From: Nitrosopumilus sp.
GTDB taxonomy: Archaea > Thermoproteota > Nitrososphaeria > Nitrososphaerales > Nitrosopumilaceae
Assembly: GCA_965197525.1 (NCBI GenBank)
Contig: OZ240211.1
Location: 506,251 to 538,250 of the forward strand
Reading direction: 5' to 3'
DNA length: 32,000 nucleotides
The translations under genes and the position numbers were made by a program. Under the pieces are notes generated by a model. The model searched no databases, was not told the DNA's origin, and saw nothing but the letters and a program-made list of their open reading frames with translations. How positions within the stretch are numbered: position 1 is the first letter of the stretch; each line of letters starts with the position of its first letter. Below, one piece after another: positions 25,550 to 32,000 of this stretch.

Positions 25550-27229
25550 TCAATAAAGATAACTCATTAATTTAATCTCTTCTTCAGTGCTAATGATGTT
25601 TTTAGCTGTTAGAACTTCTAACAGATCCTTAAAAAGTGCTTTTTGCTCACTAGACATTCCACCGGTAGGACCCTTATCACCTGGTAATCCCGGAGGACCT
25701 CGTGGGCCTGGAGGACCTAATGGGCCTTGCTCACCTGGAGGACCTTGCTCACCTAGAGGGCCTAATGGGCCTTTTGAACCTCGCTCTCCTTGAGGACCCT
25801 GAATTCCTTGTGGGCCTTGTGGGCCTTTCTCACCTGCAGGACCGGTAGGACCTCGCTCTCCTTGGGAACCTTGTGGGCCTTGTGGGCCTTTGGCGCCTAC
25901 AGGACCTAGTGGGCCGGTAGAGCCTCGCTCTCCAATCTGTCCGACACGTCCCTTCTCACCTCGCTCACCCTGTATTCCTGGAACGCCTGTCATTCCTTTC
26001 TCACCTGGAGGACCTTGTGGGCCTTGTGGACCAGTCTCACCTTGTGGACCATCAACGCCCTTGTTTCCTTTCTCACCGGGGGGACCAGTTGGACCTGCTA
26101 GTCCTTTTGGACCTTTGTCGCCTTGTGGACCCGTAACACCTGTTAATCCTTTTGAGCCTGTGGCGCCCTGCGGGCCTTGTAGACCCTTCTCACCTGGAGA
26201 ACCTTTGTCACCAGTTGGGCCTTTCTCACCCGTAGCACCTTGTGGGCCAAGTAAACCTTGTGGACCTTTGTCGCCTTTGATTCCAACAGGACCTGTTAAT
26301 CCTTTTGAACCCACAGGACCGGGGGAACCTTGCGGACCTTTGTCGCCCGGAGAACCGAGTTGGCCTGTAGGGCCTTTTGAACCCTTATCCCCCATATGAC
26401 CATGAGGACCTTTGTCACCTATAGGGCCTTTGTCACCAGTTGGACCCTTGGTGCCCACAGGACCTGCAGGACCTTGCAGTCCTTTGTCACCCTGAATTCC
26501 AGGAAAGCCAGTTGGGCCCTTTTCACCAGCAGGTCCAGGTGGACCGGTAAGTCCTTTGTCACCAGGCATGCCCTGTGGGCCTTTGTCACCCTTATCGCCA
26601 ATAACCCCGCGTAAACCAAGAGGGCCTTTGTCGCCAAGAGGACCTTTGTCACCTGGAGGACCACGCTCACCTTGCACACCTGAAGGTCCAGATGGACCTT
26701 TGTCACCTTTAGAACCCATACGTCCAGAGGATCCAGTAGAAACGGCAATATCAGATGAGCCTTCAGGCGTGGATGGTTTTTGTCGTCCAGATGAGGGTTT
26801 GGTAATAGTAGAAGAGGAGGAGGAGGAAGAGGAAGATGCAGGAGGAACAATAGACATGCCAGATTTAACATCATGTGTAGCAGAAGCATCTGCATCCTTG
26901 CTGGATTTATCAGTTTTTAGAGCCTTCTTTTTCAAAGAGACCTCAAATACAGTATGTGCAGAAGAGAACGAATCATATGCGACAATCCAAATTTTATCTA
27001 GTGCGTCAATTGACGGAGGCAGTGGATTTAGTGCAGACCCCAGCGTTTCAAAAAACACGCCATCGCGTACGCGTAGATGAAAGTGGTCTTTCCAGAGATA
27101 TTTGAACTGTTTTGACATTATGGAATCATCAGTAGGCTTGGATGTTGTGATAGCAATTTCAGTCTCATAGACTCCAGGCTGGGTTATTGGCGCAGGTCCG
27201 CTTACCTCTAACTTTGATGCAGATGACAC
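25550..27229 (-). CDS. Collagen-like triple-helix repeat protein
   Basis: 559 aa. Residues 169-522 (nt 25664-26725) are about 118 uninterrupted Gly-X-Y triplets (GDKGPQG, GERGPPG and similar). The 168-aa N-terminal non-collagen domain ends in a Ser9 linker, and there is a 37-aa C-terminal helical tail. It has a GTG start and no in-frame upstream ATG. Confidence 0.85.
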   Translation of the reverse strand: MSSASKLEVSGPAPITQPGVYETEIAITTSKPTDDSIMSKQFKYLWKDHFHLRVRDGVFFETLGSALNPLPPSIDALDKIWIVAYDSFSSAHTVFEVSLKKKALKTDKSSKDADASATHDVKSGMSIVPPASSSSSSSSSTITKPSSGRQKPSTPEGSSDIAVSTGSSGRMGSKGDKGPSGPSGVQGERGPPGDKGPLGDKGPLGLRGVIGDKGDKGPQGMPGDKGLTGPPGPAGEKGPTGFPGIQGDKGLQGPAGPVGTKGPTGDKGPIGDKGPHGHMGDKGSKGPTGQLGSPGDKGPQGSPGPVGSKGLTGPVGIKGDKGPQGLLGPQGATGEKGPTGDKGSPGEKGLQGPQGATGSKGLTGVTGPQGDKGPKGLAGPTGPPGEKGNKGVDGPQGETGPQGPQGPPGEKGMTGVPGIQGERGEKGRVGQIGERGSTGPLGPVGAKGPQGPQGSQGERGPTGPAGEKGPQGPQGIQGPQGERGSKGPLGPLGEQGPPGEQGPLGPPGPRGPPGLPGDKGPTGGMSSEQKALFKDLLEVLTAKNIISTEEEIKLMSYLY

Positions 27230-27345
27230 AATGTTCGTAGGCGCTTCATGTATTTTTGTATTTAGATCGTCTATGTTGATGCCAAATATGGGATATAATT
27301 TCCATTAAGATTGGTATTTAACTAGATAATGTCATAATTTGAGCT

Positions 27346-28467
27346 GTGAAGAAACTATTTGGTAAAAAATCAAAGGAAGAAAAAGAACCAAAAGAGAAGA
27401 TAATTCCAAAAGAGAGAAGTTTGATAGATTCAGACTATAACCGCAAGAGATTGTTCAAAAAGGGAATTAACCTGATGGCAGATGAAAAGTTAGAAGAAGC
27501 AGTAGATGTATTTCAGCAAGCACTACGAATTGAGCCAGACAATATTGAAACACTGATGAAGTTAGGATATGCGAGATTTCATCTAGATGATCATTCAGAG
27601 GCATTGCGGATTTATGATAGAATTTTAGAAATCGATGTGGCCAATCCCGAAGCATGGAATCTAAAAGGACTAGTACATTATGAACAAAAAAAATATGCTA
27701 AAGCATTAGATGCGGTAGAAAAAGCAATAGAGTCAGATCCAACATACGGAATGGCATGGTATAATCATGCATGTTTCTTGTCACTGTTAAATCAGGTTCC
27801 AGAATCACTTGAGTCATTAAAACGTTCTATTGAGATAGATGTAAAAAATGCAAGAAGATCAATACGTGATAAAGATTTTGTAAATGTGCGAATTGAAGAA
27901 GGGTTCAAAAGAATACAAGAAGTGGTGGTTTTGGAATCAATTAAACAAGGATATCACACACTTGGTGCAATTGTATGGCCAACATTTCTTGATAAAGCAG
28001 ACGCAGAAAACGCATTAAAAAAATTATTAGAGAAAGGATTAATTGTACAAAATGAAAAACGTGAGGGTTTAAGCAGGATTCCAGTTTATGATCTTGCAGA
28101 CAACGTAGCAGAAAAAATAGGCAAGGAGAAAAAAGGATTATTTGGAATTACCAGAAAAACATTACCCAAACCAATAAAACACTTAAAAGAACTAGGACAG
28201 GCAATTCAAGCGGTCAAAGAAGCCATAGAAGATGAAGATCTAGAAAAGACCACAAAGTGCTTTGATGTATTCATAGATCCTGCAAAGTCAGGTGAGCAGA
28301 TGATTGAGATTTTCTTTGATGAACACAGAGAGATAAGATTGTGGAAGATTAGGTTAAAGGACAGAGGTGTAGACTATCTAATCGATAACAAAGAAAAGAT
28401 GTTGACTCTATTTGATAACATAGAAGGTACTGTAACTAAAAAACTTCGTAACGAGATATCATCCTAG
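27346..28467 (+). CDS. TPR-repeat protein with an uncharacterised C-terminal domain
   Basis: 373 aa with a Lys/Glu-rich N-terminus and about four TPR units (aa 45-180, e.g. AWNLKGLVHYEQKKYAKALDAVEKAIESDP). It has a GTG start and is divergent from the collagen-like gene. Confidence 0.8.
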   Translation: MKKLFGKKSKEEKEPKEKIIPKERSLIDSDYNRKRLFKKGINLMADEKLEEAVDVFQQALRIEPDNIETLMKLGYARFHLDDHSEALRIYDRILEIDVANPEAWNLKGLVHYEQKKYAKALDAVEKAIESDPTYGMAWYNHACFLSLLNQVPESLESLKRSIEIDVKNARRSIRDKDFVNVRIEEGFKRIQEVVVLESIKQGYHTLGAIVWPTFLDKADAENALKKLLEKGLIVQNEKREGLSRIPVYDLADNVAEKIGKEKKGLFGITRKTLPKPIKHLKELGQAIQAVKEAIEDEDLEKTTKCFDVFIDPAKSGEQMIEIFFDEHREIRLWKIRLKDRGVDYLIDNKEKMLTLFDNIEGTVTKKLRNEISS

Positions 28468-28581
28468 TATTCAGTAAAGAAGCAGAGTCATTGGATAACC
28501 ACAAGATACAGATGATTTAACGTACATTGACTAGGAAAAAAATGAACGTATAATTTTGTAGCAAGAGCGAGATTATTGGTC

Positions 28582-30387
28582 TCAGGCAGCGCATTCGCCT
28601 TTTCCAGTCTTTGTATGGTAGCTAGTGTCATTACCATAATCAAGATAAAAGTCAGGATCATCTTGTTTTGTAGGGGGAATGACTAGGGGTGCTAATATTT
28701 TTTTGATATCAAGAATGGATGTAATCTGGGAGTCTTCATTATCATTTACAACCCTATGAATCCAGGACTTTAGAGTGTCATCGGATTTTTTATTCTCTTT
28801 GAATAACTCGATGATCTTCAGTATAACAGGTATGACTCTTTTTGCCGGAACACGAAGGCATATTTTTCCAAGCATGGTATCACCATCAGAGCGCCCACCC
28901 AATGACATCTGATAGTTTGCATACATGTCCTTCCCAATGCGTCCTCCGCCGCCAAAGAATCCAATAGTTGCAATACCGTGCTGGCCACAAGAGTTAGGAC
29001 AGCCACTTATCTTTATAGAGGAATCATATAGATCCTCGTCTTCGTCGAATTTTAATTCAAGGAGCTTTCTTTGAATCTCTTTTGCTAATCTGTGAGAATT
29101 TGTCAAGGCAAGATTGCACGAGGTAGTACCAGAGCATCCAATAGGTGTAGTCATGGTTAACGCACCAGATTTTGCCAGTCCTACCTGAATCAGGGCAGAG
29201 TACAAACGTGGCAGGTCGTCCTCATGCACAAAGCGTAATGAAATGTTTTGTGAAAAACCACACCTAGCCTTACCTTCAGCAGAAAAGTTACGAATTATAT
29301 CAGCCAGCGAATGTAGCTGACTGGCAGTAATGTCACCTGCCTCCAAAGTTAAAAATGCACTACGATATCCTGGCTGCGATTGTTTTTCAGTATTAGTCTT
29401 TAGCCACCGAGCATATCCTTCTAAAGGTCCGTCGCCGCCGCTCTCGTCTGATATTGTAATTGGTCGCTTTATGTCAGCCGGGGTAGTGTTAATATCCAAT
29501 TGCGTAACTATTGATTGAGTACTCCTTACAAGAGCCCTCTCTTTGAGAACAAGATTCTTGAACTTTTCCCAGCCCATATCGTTGACAAGATAACGCATTC
29601 TATTTCGTGCGAGATTTTTCCTATCGCCTAATCTGTCAAATATTCTCAATACAGAAATAGATGTATACAACAGATCATCTTCAGGTGTAAATTCTTCTAG
29701 TTGATGTCCTACAAATGACTTGTTTCCCAATCCTCCACCTAGAAAAATTTTGAATCCTCTTTGAGATACGCCATCGATTTGACGAATCTGTGGAGCTAAT
29801 CCAACATCAACCATTCTTACCATGCCATGTTTCTCACAACAAGTAAAATTGAACTTGAATTTACGTGGAAGAGATTGTGCCATTGGGTTCCTTAAAAAGA
29901 ATTTTGCAGTTGCAAGCGCATAAGGAGTTGAATCAAATAACTCATCAGGACATACACCAGACAATGGGCTGCACATGACATTTCTTACAGAGTTTCCGCA
30001 TGCCTCTCGAGATGTCAAGCCAACTTCGGCAAGACCCCGAAATATTTCAGAGACATCCTCAAGTACCACCCAGTGAAGCTGAATATTCTCCCGAGTGGAG
30101 AAATGTGCGCTTCCAATAGAGTACTGTTCACTTAGTTGAGATATCTTTTCGAGTTGTTCGGGATACACCTCGCCTGCAGGGAGTTTGATTCTTACCATTG
30201 CATAGTCAGAGGTCATCCTAGTGCCATACGCTCCGTGCTGGAGTCTAAATCGTCTGAAACTATCCTCAGAGTACTTGCCCTGACGGAATAATTTTACTGT
30301 GGCAGCAAAGTTATCGGCCTCTTCAATTCTAGCCCAATTGATAGAGGGTTTTGAAATATGTTGTACTTTGGTATCAGACAAGGTCAA
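28582..30387 (-). CDS. Ferredoxin-dependent sulfite/nitrite reductase (siroheme, 4Fe-4S)
   Basis: 601 aa with a duplicated NIR_SIR fold and the cluster/siroheme Cys motifs CSGTTSC and GCPNSCGQH. It has an apparent TTG start. Confidence 0.9.
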   Translation of the reverse strand: MTLSDTKVQHISKPSINWARIEEADNFAATVKLFRQGKYSEDSFRRFRLQHGAYGTRMTSDYAMVRIKLPAGEVYPEQLEKISQLSEQYSIGSAHFSTRENIQLHWVVLEDVSEIFRGLAEVGLTSREACGNSVRNVMCSPLSGVCPDELFDSTPYALATAKFFLRNPMAQSLPRKFKFNFTCCEKHGMVRMVDVGLAPQIRQIDGVSQRGFKIFLGGGLGNKSFVGHQLEEFTPEDDLLYTSISVLRIFDRLGDRKNLARNRMRYLVNDMGWEKFKNLVLKERALVRSTQSIVTQLDINTTPADIKRPITISDESGGDGPLEGYARWLKTNTEKQSQPGYRSAFLTLEAGDITASQLHSLADIIRNFSAEGKARCGFSQNISLRFVHEDDLPRLYSALIQVGLAKSGALTMTTPIGCSGTTSCNLALTNSHRLAKEIQRKLLELKFDEDEDLYDSSIKISGCPNSCGQHGIATIGFFGGGGRIGKDMYANYQMSLGGRSDGDTMLGKICLRVPAKRVIPVILKIIELFKENKKSDDTLKSWIHRVVNDNEDSQITSILDIKKILAPLVIPPTKQDDPDFYLDYGNDTSYHTKTGKGECAA

Positions 30388-30528
30388 TGTAAAGAAAATC
30401 CATAGAGCGGTTATAAATTTTTAAGAATAGGATATTATTGACTAAAAAATTTGTAAATATACAGAATATTCCTATTTTAACGCATAATACTCAAACATCC
30501 ATATCATATTTTGAAGATATTGTATAGG

Positions 30529-30731
30529 GGTTCTGTCTAATCATAGTGAGATAAAATCTAAACTCCGAAAAAAAGTTTTGTTGTAATATTAACAAAGTGT
30601 CTTTTTCCCATCAGTTGACTTTGACATATCGACTATTTGGATTACCGGTGTACAGGGTTCCAACATCGCTAACTCAAAAACATTAGACTTCGCTTCACTT
30701 ATGCCAACTCTACTATCCCTAAACCTAGGGG
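30529..30731 (-). ncRNA. Putative omega-RNA scaffold of the frameshifted element
   Basis: The reverse complement starts CCCCTAGGTTTAGGGATAGTAGAG and ends GATTAGACAGAACC. It has the compensated hairpin CTAAT-N8-GTTAG and the TTTGTTAATATTACAACAAA hairpin. Confidence 0.45.
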
Positions 30732-31792
30732 ACAGTTTGTGAGGTATATTTATAGCAGCAATAACGTCTCTGTCCATAAACAACCCACAATTATTGCACG
30801 ACTTTTTACGATGGTGTTGCAAGTCCTCTTGGAGTTTCTTTCCGCATCTTGGACATTGCGAGCTCGTGTTTTTTGGGTCTACAAATTTTACTGGAAGCCC
30901 TACCCATTGGGCTTTGTATTGTATTTGTCTTTGAAATTCAAAGAATTGCCATCCGTTTAATCTACGTCTGTACTTGTTACCTTGACCATTGCCTTTCTTG
31001 TATAATTTTCTTATTCCTTTTAGATCTTCTAGAATAATCATGGTTTTGTTTTTGACTGCTCGTTCTACAATATCTTTTGAGATTCTATGTATGTATTGTT
31101 TGGTTCTTTGAGACATTCTTCTCTGCTTTATCTTCCAGAACTGATCTTTCTTTCTACGGTCATTTCTATGAAATCCAGCTCTAGCGTGTATTGTATTTTC
31201 TTTAATTGATAGTAATTTATTTGTCTTGTATACTATAACTTTTTTCTCATTCCCACAAGTGACATTTCTAAGATTTCTGTCTAATTCCTACCGGTACATT
31301 AGTACATTCTATTTCTTCAACTTTTTTTGAAACACAAAAACTGATACTTTTTTCATTCATAATAAATGATCTTATATTTAAATCAGGATTAGATAGTATT
31401 TTTTGAGTGTGATCATTTAATAATATGTTTATGGGGTTTCTATTTTTGTATGGTATTGTCATTAAACTACCATTATGTTTGATACCATAACAATTTGTAA
31501 TAAATAACTTTTTTACAACTAGGTCTCTTACTGTAACACCACGCTTTATTGACTGTTTTCTGTTAGATAGTATGCCAACAGCACGTGATATTGCATTTAT
31601 TTTATATGAACCTAAAACATCATAGTCTCTAAATTCATGATAACAAAGTGGAGACAACTGTTTCAAACTATGTACGTCTTCTCTTAACCCTATTCTAATG
31701 GAACGATTTACCATTTTTATGAATATCTCCATCAACTCTTTTAGATCAGAATTTGGTGTATGTTTCTGTGTTATTGATTTTAATGCCTTCAT
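30589..31792 (-). pseudogene. tnpB: tnpB disrupted by a single-nucleotide insertion just before the RuvC-I Asp codon
   Basis: The N-terminal ORF (31268-31792) and the C-terminal frame (open from 31281 to 30589) both align to the intact copy. GGAATTAGACAG here corresponds to GGAATAGACAG in the intact copy, so there is one extra base at plus-strand 31283/31284. Downstream E, Zn-ribbon and DRD motifs are intact. Confidence 0.85.
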
Positions 31793-32000
31793 ACTACTAG
31801 AACATGTTTTATTTTTTTAATAAAGGTACTTTTTTTGAAATTATTTTTATTCTTTGCCACTTGATAATCCAATAAAACCATTATTTGTTATTGTAAATCT
31901 AGATAAAAATTTATCTCCCTATAAATAGACAGAACACTGTATAGGTAAGTATTAATTGTTTATGCTACAAGAATACAATATGCAAAAGGCGACCATAGCA

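Larger units (their letters stand above)
30529..31937 (-). mobile_element. Second full-length TnpB element (different subfamily), ~29-bp imperfect TIRs, flanked by an 8-bp direct repeat
   Basis: On the plus strand, 30529 GGTTCTGTCTAATCATAGTGAGATAAAAT faces 31909 ATTTATCTCCCTATAAATAGACAGAACAC. TGTATAGG is present at 30521-30528 and again at 31938-31945. Confidence 0.8.

Noticed and set aside
25587-27080. Several long plus-strand ORFs (25587-25793, 25890-26399, 26396-26614, 26556-27080) and an alternate minus-frame ORF (26419-26895) with Pro-rich or odd composition
   Set aside because: They are shadow frames of the Gly-X-Y coding repeat. GGN-CCN periodicity keeps other frames free of stops. 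Only the 25550-27229 frame gives a coherent collagen pattern with non-repeat termini.

Overview
This is an AT-rich archaeal chromosome segment. The gene content and protein style look like an ammonia-oxidising thaumarchaeon (Nitrosopumilus-like), but that is an inference I cannot confirm without a database search. Most of the window is housekeeping: aEF-2 (5'-truncated), a MoxR-DUF58-VWA-BatD-like operon, IlvC, an EF-Tu-like paralog, MetRS, SAH hydrolase, a Rieske/NirD-like protein, NadE, CysRS, a COG1373-type ATPase, ArgRS, a HAD phosphatase, a DRG GTPase and a siroheme sulfite/nitrite reductase. The most interesting signal is a family of four related TnpB (IS605 OrfB-type, OMEGA RNA-guided nuclease) elements. 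One is intact (22124-23410, +). One full-length copy is broken by a single-nucleotide frameshift (30529-31937, -). Two are miniature, protein-less derivatives (6650-6908 and 10169-10548) that keep only the element ends plus the conserved 3' block where the omega/right-end RNA scaffold should be encoded. All copies end in GGTTCTG...CAGAACC, and three have clear 21-29 bp terminal inverted repeats; the 6650-6908 copy matches only at 8 nt. One copy is flanked by an 8-bp direct repeat, and no tnpA is present. That architecture is atypical for IS200/IS605. Other unusual items are listed below.
- A gene made of 15 perfect 30-bp tandem repeats encoding an AAPRRSAAKK-repeat, H1-tail-like basic protein.
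- A convergent 559-aa collagen-like protein with about 118 uninterrupted Gly-X-Y triplets.
- Five perfect 34-bp tandem repeats, each carrying a TATA-like box, abutting the start of the ATPase gene.
- A G-quadruplex-prone tract.
- Low-complexity insertions in MetRS and ArgRS.
No rRNA, tRNA or CRISPR array was recognised.
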